A stretch of DNA of 64,000 nucleotides from positions 342,471 to 406,470 of the IMG/VR virus record IMGVR_UViG_3300044797_000098; one strand, 5' to 3'. This document shows, one piece after another, positions 9,661-20,636 of the stretch. The notes beneath the pieces are model-generated. The model searched no databases. It saw only the letters and a program-made list of their open reading frames with translations, and was not told where the DNA came from. Within the stretch, counting starts at the first letter, position 1, and each line of letters starts with the position of its first letter. The position numbers were made by a program, and so were the translations under genes.

Positions 9661-10426
9661 TCTTTCTCAACCCAAGCAATAACTCATTCTTTTTCTCATC
9701 GTCAAGTTTTTCCAATACAACATTTACCGCAATTCCAGCCCAACCAGTATTTTCATTCAAGCCTTTTGCAATAGCATTTTCGAATGCAATTTTAGACCGC
9801 TCGTCATTCCACATTGACGCCATCAGATATGCGCCCTTGTCATAATTTCTTTCAATCAATTTAGGCAATTCTTTTGCTGCCAATTCAGGATTAGAAACAC
9901 GCATACCCAAGAATGCAGGGCTCCACCAAAATACTGAACTATTCGACCATACATTGAACCACCATTGTTCAATGGCTTCTTGTCGAGTTTGGATATATGC
10001 GAATGCAATCATACCGTCTCGATATGTTGTTTTCCATTTAAGATCTTCGCAAAACATAGCGTCTTTTTTTGCCAATAACCATTTATACAATAATGTTTCG
10101 CAACGCTTTATTCGCGAATTGGCAATTATAGAAAACACTCCCCGCAATAATTCGTGGCTTTCTTTTTCTTTGTCGTGCAAAAGATTGTGCAATAACAAGC
10201 CAACCGCAGGAACAATGACATCATTTACACCTTTATCAATGAATGTATTGATGATATCTGTTGGTTCCTCACCATTATGATGTCTAACATATGGCCCATT
10301 TACACCCGGACTAACTATTCTTTTTTTAAGCAGTTCAACAATTTCTTCTGGTGAATTGGTTTTTTTCATACCTTTCACCCAAGGATCTCGTTTTACATAA
10401 CTGTCTGTTAAATCTTGCTGATACAT
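9644..10426 (-). CDS. Hypothetical protein
   Basis: 260-aa ORF; no recognised motif. Confidence 0.75.
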   Translation of the reverse strand: MYQQDLTDSYVKRDPWVKGMKKTNSPEEIVELLKKRIVSPGVNGPYVRHHNGEEPTDIINTFIDKGVNDVIVPAVGLLLHNLLHDKEKESHELLRGVFSIIANSRIKRCETLLYKWLLAKKDAMFCEDLKWKTTYRDGMIAFAYIQTRQEAIEQWWFNVWSNSSVFWWSPAFLGMRVSNPELAAKELPKLIERNYDKGAYLMASMWNDERSKIAFENAIAKGLNENTGWAGIAVNVVLEKLDDEKKNELLLGLRKIVYCA

Positions 10427-10434
10427 ATCTTCCT

Positions 10435-11024
10435 CTAATAATTTTTAGTTTCTGCTTCTTTTTTAGCAAAATCAATTAAAACTTCGAGTTCTTGCGGAAT
10501 TGAACTGTTCAATACACTAAAATCAATACAACCGCCACAAGCACAACCGGCATTAAGTTTCCCATTCTTTATTAGAAAATCTTCTGCTAATTTATATGCT
10601 GGTTCTTCGGGTTTGATATAATTTTTAAGTTTTGCCGGATTTAAAATTAAATCCTTATACATAAGAATTAAAGCATCTCTTATAGCCTGAACCTTATCTG
10701 GTTCTGAAAGGTGTATATAGGCTGCCATCAATAACTTTTCTTTTCTGCATTCGAACGAGCAACATCAAGCAATGGTTCAAGTTCTGGATCAATCGGAACC
10801 ATTTTGATTTTTGTTGGATCGAACCGTCTGCAACATACGCAAGTTTTGGAATTGAACCTATTTACAAAATTGAGTATGGATTTTGATTGAGCGTTATCGA
10901 TGAACTTTTGTGCTACATAAGTTTTTAATACTTCTGGTGTATCAAAAATAGATTTGATCACTGCTGAAAACTCTTGTTTTAATACTGTAATTTTATCATT
11001 TGGTGAAAAATCTGAATAATGCAT
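10435..11024 (-). CDS. Tandem paralog pair of 98-aa proteins (10435-10731, 10728-11024)
   Basis: Shared Y..S..DK..P..LK.Y..CxC..ELE.L.D.A...AE.K.Y pattern. Confidence 0.75.
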
Positions 11025-11295
11025 TTTAGTTCATCTCTTTTTTGTTGTCGCTATATTCGGCGCGAACAATTAGGTTTTGACTGTCTTTTGCGGAAACGAA
11101 TATGATTTTGTTTGGAAGATTAATGCGAAGTGATTTGATACGCTTATCGAGAATAAAATCGGAACATCGAATAAGGATTTTTGATCCGATATCCTCATCT
11201 GGTGCTGATACCTCGATTGAGTTATTCAACATAACTGCATCCTGACCAATTAATTTGAATGATACTGGTTCGTTCATCACATTATCCTCGAATAC

Positions 11296-11324
11296 AATGT
11301 AAGGCTCGACAAGCCCCAAGTCAA
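11296..11324 (-). promoter_or_regulatory. sigma70-type promoter
   Basis: TTGACT-17nt-TACATT. Confidence 0.75.
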
Positions 11325-11350
11325 TGTGGATACTTAGCTACTGATGTGTG

Positions 11351-11773
11351 CTACCGTCCTACAACCAGCGCGCCAGCAATAATCAATACCATCCCAATAA
11401 CTTTCATCATCGTTATTTGCTCTCTGAAAAATATCGAAGTCAAAATCAATGTTATTACGATTGGCATTGTTGTTGATATAGCATACAATGTAGCAACATT
11501 ATTGCTATATTTTACGCCATATATGAATGCAAGTCCTGCCATCGTTGCTGATAGCGTTGCAAGCATTGCCCACATCACGCCAGTTATATTGAATGGTTGT
11601 GCTGAAACTTTCGTATTCAATATATGTAAATATATTGGCAACAAGCATATTCCAACACAACAATTTACAATGTGGATTTGGAATGGATGTATGTGTTTTA
11701 CTGCAAGTTTTAAAAAGAAACTCCAACATCCATATCCTATAATAGATAGGATTATTAGATATTTGCTATTCAT
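11351..11773 (-). CDS. EamA/DMT-family small membrane transporter
   Basis: About five hydrophobic segments; P..T.IL..FFRE.IT..KVIG.VLII.G tail typical of DMT/EamA. Confidence 0.8.
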   Translation of the reverse strand: MNSKYLIILSIIGYGCWSFFLKLAVKHIHPFQIHIVNCCVGICLLPIYLHILNTKVSAQPFNITGVMWAMLATLSATMAGLAFIYGVKYSNNVATLYAISTTMPIVITLILTSIFFREQITMMKVIGMVLIIAGALVVGR

Positions 11774-11774
11774 A

Positions 11775-12488
11775 TCACGACCACAAGTATTTTCTAATTT
11801 TCAGCAATCGAATAAGCATCTCTTCCAATTTATCTTCGTTTCTTTTATCGATGTTTTTTAATTCTTCCCATAGTATTTTTGTGTATGGGGATTTGGATTT
11901 TTTAGCATTGTGCCATTTTGTTAATGCTTCGTCGCCTTCTTTACATTCGAGTTTTCGACCCTTATTCCACCAATTATAGATCGCAATGATTTCATTATTC
12001 TGATCTAATTGATGTTGCAAGTGCGGTTCTTTTGCAATATCTTCTTGCGTCGGAAAATACATATGCACAAGTTGTTCTTCTACGAAGTTAGTCAATAGAT
12101 TGAACATCGCATATATCATTTTGGTATCCGTATCAATATATCCAGATCGATAGCAATCAACATCGAATTGCTTATTGCGTTTTGGCTGGCGAAGATCGAG
12201 CATATGATCTCGACGAATAATGAAAGATAGGAACCAGTATTTGAACTCTCGAAGTTTCCATCCAATTAATTTTAGCCAAGTATGATAAATGAACTCGGGA
12301 AGCGTTGAGGCGAAGAAAAACTTTACGGGGTAAGTCTTTTTGAGATAGTTATAGTAATAAGCCCAAGTTTTTTCACCATGATCGTCTTCTTCCTCGTCAT
12401 CCCAATCCATTGCCATAGCATTGCAGTGCTTCGACATTCCTAATTGTTTAGGATTGGGGAACTTGAAAATCTTTTGGAAGTATAGCAT
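11775..12488 (-). CDS. Hypothetical phage protein
   Basis: 237-aa ORF ending LIRLLKIRKYLWS. Confidence 0.75.
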   Translation of the reverse strand: MLYFQKIFKFPNPKQLGMSKHCNAMAMDWDDEEEDDHGEKTWAYYYNYLKKTYPVKFFFASTLPEFIYHTWLKLIGWKLREFKYWFLSFIIRRDHMLDLRQPKRNKQFDVDCYRSGYIDTDTKMIYAMFNLLTNFVEEQLVHMYFPTQEDIAKEPHLQHQLDQNNEIIAIYNWWNKGRKLECKEGDEALTKWHNAKKSKSPYTKILWEELKNIDKRNEDKLEEMLIRLLKIRKYLWS

Positions 12489-13116
12489 TTATGCTCTCTC
12501 ACACAAAACATTTTCTTTGGCTAACCTTATTAGACATTTTACTCCACGAACCTCATTTTCAATATATGCTTCACTTACTTTTACTTCCCACGGTGATCCC
12601 ATATCACTAATAGTGTAGGAATGGTTCTTTACAACAACTGTTTCTGTTGTTTCATCTCCATTAGCCCAACGAACTAATAATAGTTCGCCGTTTTTCAATG
12701 GTTTTTCATCCAATCGATCAATATAACACCAATTACTATAAATCTCTACCTTTTTCATTTGACCAATTCCTCTCTAATCATAACGCCCAATTCATAAGCA
12801 AAATCTTCCTGATCATATTCGGATTTTGGATATCCGTCGAAACCTTTTTGGAATGAACGAACCCAATTTACATTTGTTTCCAAAATCTTTTCGATTGAAT
12901 AACTTCTCCAATTGGTGAGGTGTGCTGGTATAACATTTTGTTTTGCCAACATTACACACGCGAGCGCACAACAATTAGCATCCTTCTTTGGCACCCATTG
13001 TTCTTTGCCTTTGATTTTTTTGAGTTCGATGCCCCAAGATTGAATGCCAAGTTTTACACCATTGGCCGTGATGGTTTTGATTGCATCACGAATAATCTGT
13101 TCTCGTTCTCCGTCAT

Positions 13117-14676
13117 TCATAGTAATAGCAACAATTTTTCTAATTGTTCCACTGTTTTAGCATCGAATAGTTTCGCCCCATACAATTCAGTTATACAGTG
13201 AATGTCGATTGCTAATCCGTTCTCCATTCTAACCCTGCTAACAATGGTTTTAAAACCTGTGTTTTCCAACTCCCATTCTATTCTATATGTCGCCCCAACT
13301 GTGCGGAATGCATACCCATTCCATTGACTAATATCGCATTCGTGGCATTTAGAAAATGAACCACCAAAACCATTATCCCATATCAATGGCTGTTTGCAAC
13401 ATATACAATTTTTGTTTATCATAGTAAAATCAATAGTTTCTCAATTTGTTCCACTGTTCTAACATCGAATAATTTATACCCAACAAAAGACTTAATCGCT
13501 TTTGGTGAGCCACTGTGTCTTGAAAAAATAAATGTATGATTGTTTGACCACTCAATATCATATGAATATATTTGTCTGATCGAAAAAAGAGTGTAATGAT
13601 AAATATCACATTGATTACAATACCTTACCAAGGCGAATGGATCCAGCGGTATATTACAAGCGATACAATTCATACGCCTCATATCAAAATCAACAATTTT
13701 TCTAATTGTTCTTTCGTCTTTATATCGAACAATTTCCAGCCATCGATTACTTTGATTTCATCTGGATACCATTGTTTTATGGATTCGAACCACTTATCCT
13801 TGAGTATGGCAGTTATTGGATCTGCACTATATTCATCCCTATTCCATTGGATCACATAATTCTCTATGTATCTTCCGCAATCATTACCATCATAATTCAT
13901 ATCACCAAAATATATTATATCACATTCATCACATTTGTTTGTGGTTTGTGTTGCGTTTCGTGTTGGTTTCTTGCAAGATATACATCTCATATTAATATAA
14001 ACAATCTTTCAATCTCTTCTGGCGTTTTAGTCTTTGCCAATTTCAATATCATATCAATATGATTTATTGTTTTTACCCAAAACAATTTTAGACCATCGAA
14101 TGATATAATCTCATCCCATATCTCTCTTGTGCTTTCCGGACTATCATTAATATCTTCCTGAATAACTGTTCGTATAGGTTCTCCATCGTGCCATAGCCAA
14201 GTTATTTGTAGATATTCTACTGATCGTTCTGCTTGCCCACCACCTTTTAGATAGGCAATATCGCAACTATAACACCAAGTATAACGATATTTTTCATTGA
14301 ACTCAATTTTATTTCCACAACATATGCAATCAAAACTCGTCATCGTCATCATCAATCCCACCACCAGTATTATCTTCCTTTGTTCATCTGTTAGTGATTG
14401 AAGGAGCCCCGGAGCATTTGCTATTTTCTCTACCATATCGTCATAATGCTTTTTGAACTCTGGATTTTTCATTTGTTCATCGAACCATTTAGCGAAGCCG
14501 GTTTCGTCTTCTTTATCTTCTTCCACTTCTTCGAGCAGTTCTCGCTGTTCATTCTTTTGACCACCGCGAGGTGCGTTCTTTGATTTCATTGGTGCCATTC
14601 CTGCCACACGCGAGCGCGCTGACATAACATTGGAATTGCGAGGAACGGATTTGGTTTTCTTTTTATTTTTTGACAT
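13117..14676 (-). CDS. Four tandem paralogs with N-terminal CxxC..CxxCD knuckle and KLF..T.E..EKLLIL tail (13117-13422, 13419-13682, 13679-13990, 3' half of 13987-14676)
   Basis: Direct comparison of the four translations; ATGA-type overlaps between them. Confidence 0.85.
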
Positions 14677-15106
14677 AATTTTTATATTGTTTGATTGATG
14701 CTATCCATGTCTTCAATTTTTTTATTAAGACCGAAGTCTTTTAGGAACATTTCCACTGCATCACGGTCGTTAGAAAACACCGCATAATCATGTTCTCCAA
14801 CATCCGAGTATTCGTCCGTATTAATGAGACATACTTCTTTACCGTTTTTTGTAGCATAATCTCCGAATAGTCTATTCCTCTTGCCTTCATGACGCATAGG
14901 TTTTTCGGCATACGCAAATGCAGCGTCGGCATACGCAAATGCAGCGATAGTCCATCCATTACCGAGATCGCAATCTCTACCGATGTTATCAGCGTCCTCA
15001 TATAGATCGATCATAGGACGAAACTTTCCAAGCATTGCTACATTTTTTACGATGTCTGAATATGTATGTCTGCTCATTTTTTTGCTCCTATGTAGGGAAA
15101 ACTGCG

Positions 15107-15172
15107 AGAAACGGCTACCGCTTTGGCGCCGTTTCCTGCTCTAACAATAGCCATCGATCACCGCTTCGTCAA
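15107..15172 (-). promoter_or_regulatory. sigma70 promoter (15144-15172) followed by a leader hairpin with an AAAGC loop
   Basis: TTGACG-17nt-TATTGT, then GAAACGGC-GCC-AAAGC-GGU-A-GCCGUUUC upstream of ORF 14682-15077. Confidence 0.7.
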
Positions 15173-15342
15173 GCCCATATTAACTTAATCTTTTATATCA
15201 TAACATATGGATATTATTGCATAATAGTATGCAAAAATATAATTATAAAATTTAATATATTATCCAAACAATAAATTATCTTTGCAACGAAAACTCGAAA
15301 AATCTCAAAAAATACTTTATTTTAGAAAAAATATGAAAACAC

Positions 15343-15374
15343 GGGGCAACGTGTTGCTTTAACACGCGTGCCCC
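15343..15374 (-). terminator. GC-rich hairpin with AAAGC loop, terminator-like
   Basis: GGGGCACGCGUGUU-AAAGC-AACACGUUGCCCC followed by GUGUUUUC. Confidence 0.55.
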
Positions 15375-15479
15375 ATTTCTATATCAATAGACTATTGACT
15401 TATTATTCATGAAAACTTTTCATCTTTAATACTATTAGATATATCGCCTGTTTTTTGACAAAATCCCTTCCATGGATCA

Positions 15480-15685
15480 TTTGGCTTTACTCGGATGGTT
15501 AATCCGTCTGGCGAGGTTGCATCTCTGCGAGCAGAATACCATTCTGCGTTTTTCGTGTTTTGAATGCCGTCGCATTATTTTGTTGTCGAGTCAATGCCCT
15601 TTGAGTTTATGCTCTTGGGTTCATTGCCAGCCCACAATCGGAGATACATTACATATCAAGCGATTGCGCCCGACATCTGGGTAAG
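15480..15685 (-). ncRNA. Candidate multi-stem structured RNA
   Basis: Intergenic and GC-richer than flanks; stems CGCAAUCG/CGAUUGUG, CUGGC/GCCAG, CAAUG/CAUUG, GCAGAAU/AUUCUGC, CGGAU/AUCCG. Confidence 0.45.
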
Positions 15686-15879
15686 TCAATAATCATTTCC
15701 TCTTTCAAGAGATTTTACTCTATCCCGTAAGCAATCTAACTCATTACACAAAAACCTTACACAATCTTTTATGTTTTCGTGGTCAATTTCTTTGTATCTT
15801 GGATATCCGTGAAAATCATTGTCTGGATTTTCTATCACCTGACTACACACGCTACATATTATTCCGGGCTTCGGTTTCA

Positions 15880-16581
15880 TTATGGTTTCGTGCTAACCTT
15901 TTTGATTGGTTTCATTTTCTTTGTTGGGGTTGGAACTGGATTTGCTGGCATTGGAACTGGAACTGTTTTTGTTCCACTGCCACCAATATATTGTCCTGAT
16001 CCTGCTGGCGGTGTAGCAGAAATACTTTGCGTTGGTTTAGTTGTTTTCAATGTTTTCAGTTGATTTACCGCATTCTTCATCTTCTCTTCGAGCGTTTTCT
16101 TTGCTTCCTTTTTCACTGTTGGCTTGGAAGATAGATCAATTTTCTTCGGTGTATAACCGATGCTCTTATACATATCTTCTCTTGGGAACCTATAATACTT
16201 TACGTTATCTTGTTCTGCGTTTTCTGGTTGTGATATATTATCACGCACCCGAATGATTGCGTTTCCATTCTTTACATCTTTACCAATTAGCCACACTGCT
16301 TTTTGCAGCACATAATCTTTGCCCGGTGCGCTGTGATCGAATGTGCTTGGCATATCCCACATAGCATCAATCTCTGCGAGGACAATAAAAACATCCGTTG
16401 GATCAAGTGATTTAGCAATGTTTTCCATATCGGTTAAATTTAAATCACCAGCACCAATTCGCTCGCCCGCACCATTATACCAGCCAGCATTTTTTATTAT
16501 GCTGTTCCAGCGCATTTGGTTATTAGATAGACCGAATGCTTTGCATTTGAGATCGCCGAACATTGATTTTGTGAGTTTCAT
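15880..16581 (-). CDS. Hypothetical protein with Pro/Lys-rich tail
   Basis: 233-aa ORF overlapping the gltX stop. Confidence 0.75.
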   Translation of the reverse strand: MKLTKSMFGDLKCKAFGLSNNQMRWNSIIKNAGWYNGAGERIGAGDLNLTDMENIAKSLDPTDVFIVLAEIDAMWDMPSTFDHSAPGKDYVLQKAVWLIGKDVKNGNAIIRVRDNISQPENAEQDNVKYYRFPREDMYKSIGYTPKKIDLSSKPTVKKEAKKTLEEKMKNAVNQLKTLKTTKPTQSISATPPAGSGQYIGGSGTKTVPVPMPANPVPTPTKKMKPIKKVSTKP

Positions 16582-18005
16582 AGTTGTGCCTTTATTCTAT
16601 TCAATACTGTTTCTTTTCCGAGCACGCCCATTACTTGGAATAGTTCAGGGCTTTGAGTTCGGCCGTATAGTGCCACACGAGTGCTTTGTCCAACATCGCG
16701 GATTGTTAGATTGTTTTGTGTTAGCCAATCATTCGTTGCTGTCCGAAGATTGGTTTCCGTCCAATCATTTACGGATTGTAGGAATGTATTGAATGCGGAT
16801 AGTTTCGTTTTGGCTTCCGGTGTTAGTATTTTTTCTACTGCGGATTGGTCAATGGAGATGTCGGAACGGAGAACTGGCTCTAACTCTACGCTGGCTTCCC
16901 GAAAATTTTTTGAACGCGTTCTGACGAGATTAGTTAGGGAAGCAAGACGATCGCGGGAAACATCAAGCCCCAATTCTGCAACGAACGGATGTAAGTGTTT
17001 TGCATACACATCGTCAGGCGTAAGCGTCGATGACTTTAAGTGTTCATAGTTAATGACACTGAATTTCTTGAAATCATATTTGCCGTCATTACGACCCACT
17101 GCTTCTAATGAAAACTTTTCGATCAGTTCATCAATGCTAAATACCTCTTGGGACTTCCATCCCCATCCAAACCTTACAAGATAATTTAAAACTGCATTTG
17201 GAGTAAAACCTAATTGCCTAAATTCAGCAACGCTTACTGCACCATCGCGTTTCGAGAGCTTCCCGCCATTGCTATTTAATAATAATGGCAGATGACAATA
17301 TGTCGCACGATCAATTCCTAATGCCTCGTATAACATCAGTTGGCTGGGTAGATTTTTTAAATGGTCAGATCCCCTGATAATATGCGTTATATGATCTATA
17401 ACGCCGTCATCTATGGCGTTTGCGAAGTTGAAGAGAGGGATACCATTTTGTCTAAAAATTACGAAGTCAAAATTTTCCTTGTTTGGAATTGCTCGCTTAC
17501 CAAACGCTATATCATTAAATTCGATTACACCATCTGTTGGAGCTTTGAAACGAACAACATAATCTTTGCTTAATTGTTTCGTTATATTTCTACAAGTTCC
17601 GGGATACTTCCAAGGATTTTTAGGATTTTTCGCAAGCGCTTCTTCGCGTTGCTTATTTAGATCTTCCTCGGAACAATAGCATAAATAAGCTTTACCGCTT
17701 GCTATTAGTTCTTCTGCATACTTCTTGTATATTGGAAGGCGTTCCATTTGTGTATAAACACCAGCAGGCTTATTATTCGTTCCATAACCCATCGTTGGGA
17801 TTAGTCCGAGCCATTTAAGATCTTCAAGTATTTTATCTGCGCCACCTTCAACAACACGAGCCTGATCGGTATCTTCTATTCTTAATAGGAATTCGGCATT
17901 ATATTTTTTGCTGAATAACCAATTGAACAAAAAACTTTTTGCATTTCCGCAATGTAAGGTGCCACTGGGCGACGGAGCACATCTAACACGAAGATTATTT
18001 GACAT
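16578..18005 (-). CDS. gltX: Glutamyl-tRNA synthetase
   Basis: RVRCAPSPSGTLHCGN (HIGH region), LRIEDTDQAR, YLCYCS, ITHIIRGSDHL, KLSKRDG (KMSKS), and C-terminal RVALYG..SPELF anticodon domain. Confidence 0.97.
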   Translation of the reverse strand: MSNNLRVRCAPSPSGTLHCGNAKSFLFNWLFSKKYNAEFLLRIEDTDQARVVEGGADKILEDLKWLGLIPTMGYGTNNKPAGVYTQMERLPIYKKYAEELIASGKAYLCYCSEEDLNKQREEALAKNPKNPWKYPGTCRNITKQLSKDYVVRFKAPTDGVIEFNDIAFGKRAIPNKENFDFVIFRQNGIPLFNFANAIDDGVIDHITHIIRGSDHLKNLPSQLMLYEALGIDRATYCHLPLLLNSNGGKLSKRDGAVSVAEFRQLGFTPNAVLNYLVRFGWGWKSQEVFSIDELIEKFSLEAVGRNDGKYDFKKFSVINYEHLKSSTLTPDDVYAKHLHPFVAELGLDVSRDRLASLTNLVRTRSKNFREASVELEPVLRSDISIDQSAVEKILTPEAKTKLSAFNTFLQSVNDWTETNLRTATNDWLTQNNLTIRDVGQSTRVALYGRTQSPELFQVMGVLGKETVLNRIKAQL

Positions 18006-18192
18006 TTTTATTGTCCTTTTTATTATTGTTTTCTGTTGCTTTTTTGCATTGTGTTTCTAATATGGCACGAATATATTCTGCCTTCGTGATATACTTGTTG
18101 GTCTTTTTGAGATACAAAAAAAACGCTTCGTCAATCATCTTCATTAGTTCAGGGGTTAGCCGAAGAACTAATTGTTTAGTCTTTTTTTTCAT
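17995..18192 (-). CDS. Ribbon-helix-helix-like small DNA-binding protein
   Basis: KQLVLRLTPEL...ID......TKAEYIRAIL pattern. Confidence 0.55.
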   Translation of the reverse strand: MKKKTKQLVLRLTPELMKMIDEAFFLYLKKTNKYITKAEYIRAILETQCKKATENNNKKDNKNVK

Positions 18193-18265
18193 TTTTTACC
18201 TACTAATGATATAGCATACTTGTATGCAGTGCAATGCATAGTTTTATTTGTGAAAAGGATTTTCG

Positions 18266-19075
18266 ATGAGCCATTATGTATATATATTGCAAAATAAAAT
18301 TAACTTGAAGATTTATGTCGGATATTCCGCAAATCCAAAAATAAGATGGAATAGTCATAAAAACACCGCGAATAACCCAAAACATAAAAATCATCACGAA
18401 CTAATATATAATGCAATACGCAAACACGGTTGGGAAAATTTTGACAAACAAATTATTGAAGAATGGGAAACTAAAAAAGAAGCGCTAGAAGCAGAGATGT
18501 TTTGGATAGAATTTTTTCGAACCAATATTCATATTTATGGAAAAGAATATGGGTATAATCTTGGCCCAGGTGGAACTGGCGGTCGCGTAAAAGGTGGAAA
18601 ACTTTCTATTGAACATAGGCGCAAATTAAGTGAAGCGCATAAAGGAAGAACCGCGTGGAATAAAGGGAAACCGTCCCCACTAAAAGGTCGAAAAAGAACA
18701 ACACCGCTTACTGAAAATGAAAAACAAAACCTTGCAAGACTTGCTGATTTTCATAGAGGTAGAAAACATTCACCAGAACGAATAGAAAAATCAAGACAAT
18801 CACGCTTAGGAAAGAAAACAAAACCACATACGGAAGAACATAAGCGCAAAATAAGTGAGGCTCAAAAAGGAAAAAAGAAACCAAAACACATATTTTCAGA
18901 AATAATTGAAAAACAAATTGTTCAAGAATATAAATCTGGTAAATCTATAAATAAATTAAAAATTGAATATAAATGTAGTTGGACTGCAATCAAATCAATA
19001 TTACTTATGTATATAGCGGAAAACGATATAAGAAAAGATGATGGTAAAAAAACGAGAAAAATTATTCGAAAATAA
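18266..19075 (+). CDS. GIY-YIG homing endonuclease with NUMOD3-like repeats
   Basis: YVYILQN...KIYVGYS..RW.SH; GYN...GG; repeated H..EH.RK.SEA.KG. Confidence 0.9.
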   Translation: MSHYVYILQNKINLKIYVGYSANPKIRWNSHKNTANNPKHKNHHELIYNAIRKHGWENFDKQIIEEWETKKEALEAEMFWIEFFRTNIHIYGKEYGYNLGPGGTGGRVKGGKLSIEHRRKLSEAHKGRTAWNKGKPSPLKGRKRTTPLTENEKQNLARLADFHRGRKHSPERIEKSRQSRLGKKTKPHTEEHKRKISEAQKGKKKPKHIFSEIIEKQIVQEYKSGKSINKLKIEYKCSWTAIKSILLMYIAENDIRKDDGKKTRKIIRK

Positions 19076-19418
19076 CTCAACCATTGAGCAAAAAATAATA
19101 AACGATTATCTTTCTGGAAAGAGCATAAACTATATATCAAAAATATATAAATGTTCTTGGAATGTTGTAAATAGAATAATAAAAGACGCAATAAATAATA
19201 ATCTAATTATTTATAAAAAAATACGAGGCGGGGCACAGTCTAAATTGACTGAACATGATGTGTATCAAATACTAATTGAATATAATTCAACCGAAATATC
19301 ACAAGAAAAACTTGCTAAAAAATATAATATTGAAAGAAGCACTGTAAGAAATATAGTAAATGGAAAAACATGGAAAGATATTTATCTCAAATATGTTAGT
19401 GCCACCAAGACAACCTAA
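19038..19418 (+). CDS. HTH-repeat continuation of the GIY-YIG gene in the +1 frame
   Basis: Repeats the IE..I...Y.SGKSIN.....YKCSW unit of the upstream ORF; ends in SQEKLAKKYNIERSTVRNIVNGKTWK. Confidence 0.7.
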   Translation: MMVKKREKLFENNSTIEQKIINDYLSGKSINYISKIYKCSWNVVNRIIKDAINNNLIIYKKIRGGAQSKLTEHDVYQILIEYNSTEISQEKLAKKYNIERSTVRNIVNGKTWKDIYLKYVSATKTT

Positions 19419-19440
19419 TCATTCCACCGCACCCCGTCAA
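19412..19440 (-). promoter_or_regulatory. sigma70-type promoter firing antisense through the endonuclease cassette towards gltX
   Basis: TTGACG-17nt-TAGGTT. Confidence 0.7.
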
Positions 19441-19715
19441 GCCTAACCGTTTTCTTTTCTGCCAGCCCAAACATATTGTCCCAGTAAAAACAAAACAGTC
19501 ATTACAATTCCAGCGGGAAAACCAAACATAAATAACACTTCATTTATATCATGTGATGAATAGCACATACATAATATGAATAGCACGCCTAATCCAACGA
19601 TAGAACTTAAAATTAAACTGCTGTCTCTAATAACTTTTCGTTGTTCGTTATTCATTGTTCTTCATCCATTCTCTACCAACAACCTTCCACCAACGAACGC
19701 GAATGTTATTACTCA

Positions 19716-20197
19716 TTATGCTTTTCTCCAATCATAACTTTGATCTGGTAATCTCGTGTATTTTACCTTATTCCAATAACCTAACATATTAGGGTTATCA
19801 ATCTCCCACTCCTCAATTGAGACAATTCTATCACCATTATTCAGTAGATGCTTATCTCCTGCTTGTTTTGCATCATCAAGTGATTGATGAACACTAAGCA
19901 TGTCATCACATTCGCCATTGCCATGGAATAATATAAATACACTATTCATTTTGATATGATTTCTCCAAGTGTAAAAGATGGTTCTGATTTTACCCATTCT
20001 CCACCAACAACCTTCCCCCAACTCACATTATATCTCACCGCCCCAATATACCATTCAAAAATATTTACATATTTTGATTCCCATCCAGCCAACAATATTT
20101 CATCACCATATTTCATAGCCTCATCCAATGAATAAAAACAAGGCGTATTATTACCCATATAACCATTGCCCGGAACAACTTGAAAGATACTATTCAT
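19716..20197 (-). CDS. Tandem paralog pair of small proteins
   Basis: Both begin MNS(I/V)F....GNG and share SLD.A...GD..L...V.I.EW.I. Confidence 0.7.
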
Positions 20198-20362
20198 TTT
20201 TCATCTCATCCTTTACCCATTCAATCAATTCTATAATAAAATTACACTTACCATTATTCTCGTGATCGTAATCTGACATTGAGGTAATATAAGGATCGCC
20301 AGCGTTTTGAATTGAACGAAGTTCTTCTTGTAAATGTTCAAGTAATTTTTGCTGGAATGTTA

Positions 20363-20628
20363 TCATTGTAATATCAATAACTCATTATGTCTTTCACAAA
20401 CTGCCATCGCTTCTTCTTTTGTGTCAAACTTACAATCATCTGGCGTGCTATTGCCAAAAATAGTAATATCACTTGTACGAAGATTTTTGGTCAGAAAACG
20501 AATATTACCATTATTGACAATATATTATAATATAATTCATTTTTTACGGAAGCAACGGAATACTTATATGGCACAAACCAAGTTTCATTCCATTTATGTT
20601 GATGCTTACCTCCATATACCCATTCCAT
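20363..20628 (-). pseudogene. Frameshifted eleventh copy of the TKEEA..CERH..LLILQ family
   Basis: N-part MEWVYGGKHQHKW.. and C-part FLTKNLRTS..CKFDTKEEAMAVCERHNELLILQ* lie in different frames. Confidence 0.8.
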
Positions 20629-20636
20629 AATAAATC

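Noticed and set aside
15180-15460. Replication origin in the AT-rich gap
   Set aside because: AT-rich with small palindromes, but no iterons or DnaA-box cluster; insufficient support.
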